A DNA stretch of 64,000 nucleotides, taken from positions 1,536,001 to 1,600,000 of the forward strand of contig OZ253462.1 of NCBI GenBank assembly GCA_965261395.1, in the 5' to 3' direction. The first letter of the stretch is position 1. Each line of letters begins with the position of its first letter. Shown piece by piece: positions 39,729 through 50,871 of this stretch. The DNA comes from Candidatus Latescibacterota bacterium. GTDB taxonomy: Bacteria; Latescibacterota; UBA2968; UBA8231. The position numbers and the translations under genes were made by a program. The notes beneath the pieces are model-generated. The model did not search any database. It was not told where the DNA came from and was given only the letters and a program-made list of their open reading frames with translations.

Positions 39729-40413
39729 GCGCTCTATTGGCTGCGCTGGCGACGCGAAGACGGCATCCGTCAGGGTTCGCGAATTCCGCCAAGCCCTCGA
39801 CGAGTTGCCGCGCCAACTACTCCTCGGCAACGGACCGCGCTCGGCTGTGTTTTCCGGCATGACCGCGCTCGACTTCCACGCCTGGGGACAGATCGTGGAT
39901 TTGCTCTTGGTCAAGCACTACTTCTGGCATCGCGGCTTTGACGGGATGTACGGCACGGTCGCCCGCTGGGTGCAGCAGATTCAGGAGTGGAACCCGGCGT
40001 TGAGCGAAGCGCAGTGCTGGACGGTCCTCCACGCTTGGCTCGGCATTCGCCTGCCCGAGGTGGAGTGCCTAGCCGATATGGAATTGGGATTCCCGCAGGC
40101 GTTTTTCGACGAGGTGGTGCAGGAAGAGACGCGCCGCGCCATCGCCGCAGTCGGCGACCCGCAAAAAATCCTGCCCTGGGTCGATACCGGGCGCATGCCC
40201 CACGGCGGCGACCCCATGACCGCCGGCGATCTCTACCGCATCCTCCAAGCCTCGGAAGCGGCCGGGCTGCAACGGTTCCTCTTCCACAACCATGCCCACC
40301 TGACCGCGGCTGAATGGGCGGTCATCTCGCGGATGTGCGGCACGGCGTGGGACGAGGATCCCGATGGCTACTGGCCCCCGGCAACGCCCAAACCCGGGAC
40401 GTACTAAGCGCCC
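39729..40413 (+). pseudogene. Direct repeat copy 2: 5'-truncated duplicate of gene 36007..37350
   Basis: No native start; extra T near 39777 (CAGGGTTCGC versus CAGGGTCGC); scattered mostly synonymous SNPs. Confidence 0.9.
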
Positions 40414-40602
40414 CGTACGCCGGCTTGACAGATTATGGATAACGATACATCGTTAGTCTGCCCGTGGTCCTTGGAAGCACCCTTGACCACCAAATCAAAG
40501 CTGCCTAATTAGTACCTATAGCGCGAGTGCAGTGAATTTTGGCAATGCTCAGGACGGTTCTAGCTGTTCGACATCGCCCAAACGAAACATAGGAGAAGCG
40601 CG

Positions 40603-41967
40603 ATGGAGGGTATAACAGAGCGGAAAGCCGCTGCAAATCCGACCAAAGAGTTCTTCGTAAACATGATAACGCGAGACATAACTCTCGAAGATAGCATTTT
40701 TGACCTTATTGATAACAGTGTTGACGCCGCATGGAAGGCCATCGGCAGCCCTGCTATGAGCTTGATGGACGATACCGATCTTTCGGAATACTCGATCTCG
40801 ATTGAGCTTTCGCCCAAACAATTTTTGATTAGAGACAACTGTGGTGGTATGTCTCTCAATGATGCCGTAGATCATGCCTTTAGCTTCGGTAGAAGAGAAT
40901 CCGAAGAAAACGACGATTACAGCATAGGTGTTTATGGTATCGGGATGAAACGAGCGGTATTCAAGATTGGCAGAGAGATACGAATCAGAAGCACCGTCAC
41001 GGAGGATAATGGATCAACGTTGGCTTTTGCAGTTCCGATCAGCGTAAACAACTGGTTGAAAAGCAACAATCCTCCTTGGGATTTCGATATTGTCGATGAC
41101 GAAAAATTGGATAAACATGGTGTCGAGATCGTTGTTGAAGATCTTACGCTGGCCGCTAGAATCTCACTTAACAATCCCGCGTTTATTGAGAACCTTCGAC
41201 GCATGATCACTCGAGATTACATGATCTATTTGAATCGAGGACTCAATATAACGGTCTGTGGTCAAGAAATAACCAGTATGCCGATCAAGCTTGCTCGAAG
41301 CGATGATTTTGCTCCGTTGCGTGATAACTACAGGGAGCAACAGAATGGTGAATTTGTCTCCGTGGAGATCATTGGAGGAATGGCTGCCGCGCCGCCTGAC
41401 AGTACGGAGCCAGATGAGAAACACGATGGCGATAAAAGATTCGGGTGGTATGTCGCATGCAATGGGCGGATCGTTCTCGCTGCTGACAAATCTACTATCT
41501 CGGGTTGGGGAACTTCAGACTGGCCACAGTGGCACCGTCAATATTCTGGATTTATTGGCTTCGTGCTTTTCTCCGCTCCAAATACTGCTACACTTCCACT
41601 GACGACCACAAAGCGCAGTGTCGACTTAACCTCTGAAATTTTTAAGCAGGCACAAATTAAGATGCGTGCTCTTTCGAAAGAGTGGATCGCCTACACAAAT
41701 ACTAGAAAACAGACACTGAAGGAGGCGAAAGAGAAAGAAGATAAAACGGAAGCTGTTACAATACAGTCCGTTAAGAAGAGCAGTGCAATAAGGCTTCCTA
41801 AACTTAAGCCGAAAGATGTGGAACGACCTGCCAACGTCCATTACTCGGTTCCGGTGACCAAGATTAAGGAACTCGCAAAAGGATTTGGCAGTATAAGCAT
41901 GTCATATCGCGATGTGGGCCTCAAGTCTTTCGAATATGCATACGACGATCTTGTCGAGGATGAATGA
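40603..41967 (+). CDS. GHKL/MORC-type ATPase
   Basis: DLIDNSVDA, IRDNCGG, SIGVYGIGMKRA, HGVEI, GWYV.CNGR, LPLTTTK; AT-richer DNA. Confidence 0.85.
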   Translation: MEGITERKAAANPTKEFFVNMITRDITLEDSIFDLIDNSVDAAWKAIGSPAMSLMDDTDLSEYSISIELSPKQFLIRDNCGGMSLNDAVDHAFSFGRRESEENDDYSIGVYGIGMKRAVFKIGREIRIRSTVTEDNGSTLAFAVPISVNNWLKSNNPPWDFDIVDDEKLDKHGVEIVVEDLTLAARISLNNPAFIENLRRMITRDYMIYLNRGLNITVCGQEITSMPIKLARSDDFAPLRDNYREQQNGEFVSVEIIGGMAAAPPDSTEPDEKHDGDKRFGWYVACNGRIVLAADKSTISGWGTSDWPQWHRQYSGFIGFVLFSAPNTATLPLTTTKRSVDLTSEIFKQAQIKMRALSKEWIAYTNTRKQTLKEAKEKEDKTEAVTIQSVKKSSAIRLPKLKPKDVERPANVHYSVPVTKIKELAKGFGSISMSYRDVGLKSFEYAYDDLVEDE

Positions 41968-42920
41968 TGTCTTCATTCGATGTAGTGAACTACAGTCTTA
42001 GGCCTAGCAAAAGTATTCAAAGGCAGATTATTTTTGACGGTATCAACACCTTAACGCCTCGCCTCGATCTTAATTTGAGCCAATTTATTTACATTGGTCT
42101 CGGATCGATCTGGTTCACAGATTTTGTTATGGCCCACAAGCTGCTCGGCATAAAAAATATGATCTCTATGGAGGAAGACTGTATCGGCTACAAACGAGCT
42201 TGTTTCAATACTCCCTATGCGACTGTAAGTGTTCAAAAAGGGTCTTCCTATACAATTCTTCCAACGCTTTTCGACGATGAAGACATCAGTCGGTATCCAT
42301 GGCTGATTTGGTTAGACTATGACAGTGAATTTGGTGAAGAACTACGGGACGACACTCGTGCTGTGATTGAAAGAGCTCCAGACAACACGCTTTTTTTGAT
42401 TACTTTTAACGGTAATGATTATAAATATGGAAAACCTAAAGAGAGACCTGAGAGGCTCCAGCAATTGTTTGAAGATGTGGTTCCAGATAACCTCTCCAAG
42501 CAGTGTTGCAAGAATACCCGTATGCAAAAAACCTTAGCCGATTTTGCTATCGACTTCATGCAATCTGTGGCAGCGAATTCAAGACGTCGGGGAGGACTCG
42601 TGCCAGCATTCCGGGTGATATACAAAGATAGTGCCGCTATGGTGACGGTCGGTGGCTTCCTAGCATCGTCTCTGCAGTTAGCTGATAAAGCACAGGAGAT
42701 CGTAAAAGAGGCAGACTGGAAATGTCGGCCGAAGGAAACTATCGTCGCACCCCATCTTACAATTCGAGAGGCGGTGACCCTTCAATCGAATCTTCCCAAC
42801 ACGGAAGGTTTATCTAGAAAAATTGTACAGTCTTTAGGATTTGATCTTGAAGATAATCAGATCAAGATCTACGAAAAATACTATCGTGAGTATCCGTCAT
42901 TTGCACAGATCATTACCTAG
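41964..42920 (+). CDS. Putative SAM-dependent methyltransferase-like protein of unknown substrate
   Basis: NYSLRPSKSIQR, YIGLGS.WF.DF, MISME, IWLDYD, YKD...M.TVG; ATGA-coupled to the ATPase. Confidence 0.6.
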   Translation: MMSSFDVVNYSLRPSKSIQRQIIFDGINTLTPRLDLNLSQFIYIGLGSIWFTDFVMAHKLLGIKNMISMEEDCIGYKRACFNTPYATVSVQKGSSYTILPTLFDDEDISRYPWLIWLDYDSEFGEELRDDTRAVIERAPDNTLFLITFNGNDYKYGKPKERPERLQQLFEDVVPDNLSKQCCKNTRMQKTLADFAIDFMQSVAANSRRRGGLVPAFRVIYKDSAAMVTVGGFLASSLQLADKAQEIVKEADWKCRPKETIVAPHLTIREAVTLQSNLPNTEGLSRKIVQSLGFDLEDNQIKIYEKYYREYPSFAQIIT

Positions 42921-42976
42921 GGATATTCTTCGATCCCAAAAGCGTGGACGTATCCTCTCTAGAGAGGAGAGAGACC

Positions 42977-44050
42977 ATGGGGAGTGATGCTGAGGGTAGA
43001 ATGAAACTAATCGATCTGTTCTCCGGATGTGGTGGGTTTTCACTCGGAGCGCATCAGGCTGGTCTCAACGTCGTTGCTGCGTTCGACAATGACCCTACTT
43101 TAGCTTCTTCCTATCCGCTCAACTTTCCCAACACACGAATGATGTTGATGGACGTGACGCAGCTTGATGGTGAATCTATCCGCTCAGCCATCGGACGTAT
43201 AGATGGAATCTTAGGCGGCCCACCCTGCCAAGGTTTTAGTGTTATCGGTAAGCGTCATCCTGATGATCCCCGTAGATTGTTGTTAAATCACTTTTTCAGA
43301 ATCGTTCGGGAAATACGACCTTCCTTTTTCGTGATGGAGAATGTGCTTGGGCTTGCCTATTCGGGTGCCCGTGCCGTATTGAAGAAGGCGCTACGCCTTG
43401 TTGACGATGAATATTCGGTTTTGGGACCTATGACTTGGAGTGCTGCGGAATTTGGTGCTGCAACAAATCGTCCGCGACTTTTCGTTATCGGCGTTCATAA
43501 AGACAGTGGTGAAGCGTTGACCTTGGAGGACTTCGATACCATGAAGCGGACTCCAGCGACGGTCAGAGCCGCCATTGCTGATTTGGAGAATGCGACCCCT
43601 TTAGAAGAGCAAGATGGGTTTGACGTTTGGCAGATTGCACGAAGGGGTCGCCCCTTCGAGTACGCTCGTGCCTTGCGGTCACCGGATCGATGCTTTACCA
43701 GCCACCGAACAACCAATCACTGTTTGCGGGTAGTTACTCGCTTCAAAGAGGTTGCCGAGGGAGGCGTCGACCCAGTCGGACGCCACCCGCGTTTAGCTTG
43801 GTCCGGTCAATGCCCAACGCTTCGAGCAGGTACGGGTACTGATCGAGGATCCTATCAATCGGTTCGGCCTCTTCACCCGGAACAACCGCGCGTCATAACC
43901 GTAAGAGAAGCTGCTAGACTTCAGGGCTTCCCTGATGCCCATCGTTTCCATTCAACAGTCTGGCACTCGTTTAGGATGATTGGAAACAGCGTATCTCCCA
44001 TTATGGCGCAGGCGATTTTCAAGGTAATTGGAGCAAAACTCGATAACTGA
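42977..44050 (+). CDS. dcm: DNA (cytosine-5) methyltransferase
   Basis: DLFSGCGG (I), GGPPCQGFS (IV), MENV (VI), R.R (VIII), TVREAARLQGFP (IX), IGNSV (X). Confidence 0.92.
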   Translation: MGSDAEGRMKLIDLFSGCGGFSLGAHQAGLNVVAAFDNDPTLASSYPLNFPNTRMMLMDVTQLDGESIRSAIGRIDGILGGPPCQGFSVIGKRHPDDPRRLLLNHFFRIVREIRPSFFVMENVLGLAYSGARAVLKKALRLVDDEYSVLGPMTWSAAEFGAATNRPRLFVIGVHKDSGEALTLEDFDTMKRTPATVRAAIADLENATPLEEQDGFDVWQIARRGRPFEYARALRSPDRCFTSHRTTNHCLRVVTRFKEVAEGGVDPVGRHPRLAWSGQCPTLRAGTGTDRGSYQSVRPLHPEQPRVITVREAARLQGFPDAHRFHSTVWHSFRMIGNSVSPIMAQAIFKVIGAKLDN

Positions 44051-44140
44051 TCCAAAAATTGGCTCAGGCTTTTACCGAATGCACTTCCTGTCACGGTCAC
44101 ATGAGAATCATCGTAGCTCTCCCCTGACCAAGTACTCAAT

Positions 44141-44257
44141 CATACCCACCTGACCGCGGCCGAATGGGCGGTTATCTCGCGGATGTGCGGCACGGCGTGG
44201 GACGAAGATCCCGACGGCTACTGGCCCCCGGCAACGCCCAAACCCGGGACGTACTAA
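44141..44257 (+). repeat. Direct repeat copy 3 (last ~117 bp of gene 36007..37350)
   Basis: Encodes HLTAAEWAVISRMCGTAWDEDPDGYWPPATPKPGTY*; ends 18 bp before the next gene. Confidence 0.95.
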
Positions 44258-44275
44258 ATACACAAGGATTGAATC

Positions 44276-45535
44276 ATGGCCAAAAAACGCGACAAACAAC
44301 CTCCCATCCGCGTCGGCGTAGTCGGCGTCGGTCGCGGCCGCTCCTTCATGCAGGCGGCTGCGGCAACCGGCATGAAACTGGTCGCCATTTGCGACATTTG
44401 GGAAGAGCGCCTCATTGCAGAAGGCAAGGCGCTCAACGTGCCAACATTCGTCGATTACGACGAATTCCTCGGCTGCGACATGGACGCGGTCGTGCTAGCC
44501 AACTACTTCCACCAGCACGCGCCGTTTGCCATCAAAGCACTCAACGCCGGCAAACACGTAATGAGTGAAACCGCGGCCTGCCACACCTTGGGCGAAGGCG
44601 TGGCGCTGGCGCGATCAGTCGAGAAAAGCGGCAAGATTTACATGTTCGCCGAGAACTACCCCTACATGGTCTTCAACCAAGAGATGAAGCGGCTCTACCA
44701 AAAGGGCCGCGTCGGCGAGTTCAAATACGGCGAGGGCGAGTACGTCCACCCCGACCCACCCGAAGTGAAACTGGCGCGTAGCTGCGGGCGCGACCACTGG
44801 CGCAACTGGATCCCCGCCACCTACTACTGCACCCATTCCATCGCCCCGGTCATGTACATCACCGACACCCGACCCGTAAAAGTGAACGGCTTTGTCATCC
44901 CCTTTGATTTCGCCGACTCCACCCAAACGCTACACATGAACCGCAGTGACACCGCCGCAGTGATCATCTGCCGGATGGACAACGACGCGGTAATGAAGTC
45001 GCTGCACGGTGCGCTGCGCGGCCACGGCATCTACGTCCGCATCCACGGCAACAAGGGGGTGATGGAAAACTGCCGCCACGGCGACAAACAGCGGCTACGC
45101 GTGTGGTACGAACCGTGGGAAAAGCGCCAGAGCGATCCGGTCGAAACGGTGTACAGTCCCGACTTCCCCGTGCATCATGGCCTAGCGGCGCGCGCTGGAC
45201 ACGGCGGCGGCGACTTTTTCACCAGCTACCACTTTGCCGAGGCCATCCGCACCGGCGAGCCGCCCTATCTCGACGTGTATCGCGGCATCGACATGAGTAT
45301 CGCCGGAATCCAAGCGTGGCGTTCGGCACTGAACGACTCGGCACCACTGGAAGTCCCCGACTTCCGCCGCGAGTCGGTGCGCCGAAAATACGCCAAAGAC
45401 GACTGGTCGCCCGACCCCGAACGCAAAAAGAAAGGGCAGCCGCCGAGCAGTGTTTTGGGTGCAATCGAACCGGACGCCGAGGCGAAAAAGCTGGCGAGGA
45501 AAGTCTGGGCAGACCAGGGCTATCTGGGCGATTGA
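44276..45535 (+). CDS. Gfo/Idh/MocA family oxidoreductase
   Basis: GVVGVGRG, GKHVMSE, AENY, YYCTHS, GHGGGD. Confidence 0.85.
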   Translation: MAKKRDKQPPIRVGVVGVGRGRSFMQAAAATGMKLVAICDIWEERLIAEGKALNVPTFVDYDEFLGCDMDAVVLANYFHQHAPFAIKALNAGKHVMSETAACHTLGEGVALARSVEKSGKIYMFAENYPYMVFNQEMKRLYQKGRVGEFKYGEGEYVHPDPPEVKLARSCGRDHWRNWIPATYYCTHSIAPVMYITDTRPVKVNGFVIPFDFADSTQTLHMNRSDTAAVIICRMDNDAVMKSLHGALRGHGIYVRIHGNKGVMENCRHGDKQRLRVWYEPWEKRQSDPVETVYSPDFPVHHGLAARAGHGGGDFFTSYHFAEAIRTGEPPYLDVYRGIDMSIAGIQAWRSALNDSAPLEVPDFRRESVRRKYAKDDWSPDPERKKKGQPPSSVLGAIEPDAEAKKLARKVWADQGYLGD

Positions 45536-45539
45536 TTCT

Positions 45540-45690
45540 TCACAAAGCGCTCTTGGGACGCTCCTTGGTTGGATCTAAAAATGGCACCCGCACCACCTCG
45601 GCATCCACAATACCGTCCAACTGGACCTTCACTTGTGTGCCCCTGCTCCAGTGAGACCGAGGCATGACGGCCAGCGCTATGTTCGACTTG
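45540..45690 (-). pseudogene. C-terminal fragment of a GcvT-family aminomethyltransferase
   Basis: NIALA...GTQVKV....AEVV..PFLDP.K.R resembles a GcvT_C terminus. Confidence 0.45.
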
Positions 45691-45780
45691 AGACCGTCTA
45701 TTACCAGAGTTTGTGCCATCTGAGAACCTCTAGTTGTTTGGTTTTTTAGACACGACGCAACACGCAAGAGTTAACAAAAC

Positions 45781-48273
<2,493 letters not shown>

Positions 48274-48317
48274 TCATAGGTGCGGACGATGCTACCATAT
48301 AAATATGGTGTTTACCC

Positions 48318-49409
48318 TCAAAAATCCATCGCCGGCGGTCCCGCGTAGCCAATGCTCTGCCACCCAGCGACATCGCCGCCCGTGAGGCGATAGGGGTGCG
48401 GATACAGCTTCAGCGTGCGGTCCGCAAAAGGCAGGGACACCCGCTCGTGCTCCCGATGGGCCGAGCGCACCAAGGCGATAGCCACTTCGAGCGAGTGGCG
48501 ATAGTCGTCGCCGCTGCTATACGGCTCGGTGCCGACCTGATGGGCGCGTATCAGGCGCTCGACCGTATAGGCAAAAGCGTCCGCCGCTGACCGATCTAAA
48601 AAGTCGGGATACACCGGAGAAGCCGCCGCGCCGGTCCCCTCGATTAATACGGGCCGTGGACGCGCCAAAAAAACCTGCCCACGCTCGCCAACGACCGAGA
48701 TAAAGGTCGGCACGCGGCCATCCGGCTCAGGGGCGACGATCTCGCAGACAATGCCGCCGCTCAGACCCAAGCGGCCGTACGCAGGTACATCCCCCTCCTC
48801 TATAGGAGTGCCTTCAGCCACGTACCCCGGCTCCGCCGGCAAGGTGTACCCTTCCACCCATTCCACATCCATCCCAGTGAGGATGCGCAGCGCAGCAATC
48901 TGCACGCAACCGCCACCCGACACCTCGGTCGGCAGCCCACCCGGAATCGCCGCCGAGGTCAACCGTCCAATGTGCCCCTGCCGCACCCACTCGACCACCT
49001 CGGGCATATACGGCGTCGCCCATCCGGCCTGAGCGCAACCGAACAACGTGCCGTGCTCCCCGCAGATGCGGATCATTTCGTCCGCCTCGTGTAGCTGGTG
49101 AGAAATCGGCTTCTCGCAGGAAACCACTCGCACGCCAGCGCGAGCGCAGGCGGTGACGCAGGGATAGTTCTGGCTCACCGGGACCACTGCGGAGACAATG
49201 TCGGGCACTTCGGCCGCCAAAAGGCCGTCGAGATCGTCGTACACCTTCTCCACGCCGTAGCGCCGGGCAATGGCATCCCGCCGCTCTCTGGCGCGATCGA
49301 CGAGGCCGACAATCGTGCAATTGGGATGGGTGGCGTAGGCGCGCGTGTAGTAGCGGCCCCACGTGCCGGCCGCGCCGACGACGGCCACCCGGTATTGTTT
49401 ATTGGTCAT
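48318..49409 (-). CDS. Gfo/Idh/MocA family oxidoreductase
   Basis: VAVVGAAGTWG, PDIVS, CEKP. Confidence 0.85.
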   Translation of the reverse strand: MTNKQYRVAVVGAAGTWGRYYTRAYATHPNCTIVGLVDRARERRDAIARRYGVEKVYDDLDGLLAAEVPDIVSAVVPVSQNYPCVTACARAGVRVVSCEKPISHQLHEADEMIRICGEHGTLFGCAQAGWATPYMPEVVEWVRQGHIGRLTSAAIPGGLPTEVSGGGCVQIAALRILTGMDVEWVEGYTLPAEPGYVAEGTPIEEGDVPAYGRLGLSGGIVCEIVAPEPDGRVPTFISVVGERGQVFLARPRPVLIEGTGAAASPVYPDFLDRSAADAFAYTVERLIRAHQVGTEPYSSGDDYRHSLEVAIALVRSAHREHERVSLPFADRTLKLYPHPYRLTGGDVAGWQSIGYAGPPAMDF

Positions 49410-49422
49410 GTTAGCCTCCTGA

Positions 49423-49451
49423 TTGACGGGGATAGAGGTCGCGGTTATATT
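49423..49451 (+). promoter_or_regulatory. Sigma-70 promoter of the tyrS leader
   Basis: TTGACG-N17-TATATT. Confidence 0.75.
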
Positions 49452-49470
49452 TTTGCGCGGAGAATGAATA

Positions 49471-49530
49471 ATGCAGACCCTACGCGCAGATCGCCACTAC
49501 TATTATACCTCGCTTGATAGAGAGGGGTAG
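49471..49530 (+). CDS. tyrS attenuator leader peptide MQTLRADRHYYYTSLDREG
   Basis: GGAG RBS at 49459; three consecutive Tyr codons TAC TAT TAT at 49498-49506. Confidence 0.85.
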   Translation: MQTLRADRHYYYTSLDREG

Positions 49531-49562
49531 TGCGTTTGCTTTATTGTCTCAACCGCGTGTAC

Positions 49563-49589
49563 AAGCCCCTGATTACAGGGGCTTTTTTT
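49563..49589 (+). terminator. Attenuator terminator upstream of tyrS
   Basis: AAGCCCCTG-ATTA-CAGGGGCTT with T7 tract, ending 23 bp before the tyrS ATG. Confidence 0.85.
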
Positions 49590-49612
49590 ATGCCTATAAA
49601 TAAGGAAATGTA

Positions 49613-50860
49613 ATGAACATCATACCCGATCTTCAGTTCCGCGGCCTGATCTACCAAGCCACCGACCTCGACGGCCTCGCTGAGCGCCTTGCCGCCGGTC
49701 CGATCGTGCTCTACAACGGCTTTGACCCGACCGCCGACAGCCTGACGGTGGGCAACCTCGTGCCGATCCTGCTCCTGCGCCGCTTCCAGCTCGCCGGCCA
49801 CAAAGTCATCGCCTTGGCTGGCGGCGGCACCGGCCTGATCGGCGATCCAGGCGGCAAGACCGAGGAGCGCCAGCTCAATGCCACCGACGTCGTGGCCGAG
49901 TGGACGCAGCAGGTCAAAGCCCAGCTAGAGCGCTTCCTCGAATTCGACGGCCCCAACCCCGCAGTGATGGTCGATAACCACGACTGGCTTGGCCAACTCG
50001 CGGCCATCGACTTTATGCGCGACGTCGGCAAGCACTTTCCAGTCCCCTACATGCTGGCCAAGGACTCGGTCGCCTCGCGCCTGGAAACAGGCATTTCCTA
50101 CACCGAGTTCAGCTACATGGTGCTACAGGCGTATGACTTCTTGGTCCTCAATAAAGAATACGGCTGCGAGTTGCAGACCGGTGGCTCTGACCAGTGGGGC
50201 AATATCACCGCCGGCACCGATCTGATCCGTCGCTCCGCCGGCAACCGGGCCTTTGGCCTGACCTGCCCGCTAGTGACCAAAGCAGACGGCACCAAGTTCG
50301 GCAAGACCGAGGCGGGCACGGTCTGGCTCGACGCCGCGAAGACCTCGGCTTACCAGTTTTACCAGTTCTGGATCAACGTCGAGGACCAGAAGGTCATCGA
50401 TTACCTGAAAACCTACACCTTCTTGGAGCAAGACGCGATCCTCCAACTCACCGAAGCCGTCCGCGACCAGCCCGAACGGCGCGAGGCCCAGCGCACCCTC
50501 GCTGCCGAGGCAACAACCCTAGTCCACGGGGCCGATGCGACGCGACGGGCCGAAAACATCTCGCATGCACTTTTTTATGGGGCGTTTCAGGATCTATCCG
50601 AGGAGGAAATCCTCGAAGGCTTTGACGACGTGCCAACGCACGCGATGGGGCAGGAGGAACTGGGGCTGGTCGATCTGCTCGTCGCGGCCGGCGTCTCGCC
50701 CTCCAAGCGCCAAGCCCGCCAAGACGTGCAAAACGGCTCAATCTACATCAACGGCGAGCGCTGCACGGACATGGCGCGAAGCATGCGGTGCCAAGAGGGC
50801 CTACACGGCAAATACCTGATCGTGCGCCGAGGCAAGAAGCAGTACACCCTCGTCCGCTAG
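49613..50860 (+). CDS. tyrS: Tyrosine--tRNA ligase
   Basis: GFDPTADSL, YTEFSY..LQAYD, GGSDQWGN, KFGKT, C-terminal S4 domain RRGKK. Confidence 0.97.
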   Translation: MNIIPDLQFRGLIYQATDLDGLAERLAAGPIVLYNGFDPTADSLTVGNLVPILLLRRFQLAGHKVIALAGGGTGLIGDPGGKTEERQLNATDVVAEWTQQVKAQLERFLEFDGPNPAVMVDNHDWLGQLAAIDFMRDVGKHFPVPYMLAKDSVASRLETGISYTEFSYMVLQAYDFLVLNKEYGCELQTGGSDQWGNITAGTDLIRRSAGNRAFGLTCPLVTKADGTKFGKTEAGTVWLDAAKTSAYQFYQFWINVEDQKVIDYLKTYTFLEQDAILQLTEAVRDQPERREAQRTLAAEATTLVHGADATRRAENISHALFYGAFQDLSEEEILEGFDDVPTHAMGQEELGLVDLLVAAGVSPSKRQARQDVQNGSIYINGERCTDMARSMRCQEGLHGKYLIVRRGKKQYTLVR

Positions 50861-50871
50861 GAATCTGGGCT

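Noticed and set aside
36673-44257. Gene 3'-end repeats as a DGR template/variable pair or IS ends
   Set aside because: Substitutions are mostly synonymous and not A-specific; the repeats are direct, long and coding, with no transposase
49440-49612. T-box riboswitch upstream of tyrS
   Set aside because: No GGTGGNACC T-box motif and the leader is too short for Stem I; the Tyr uORF explains the terminator
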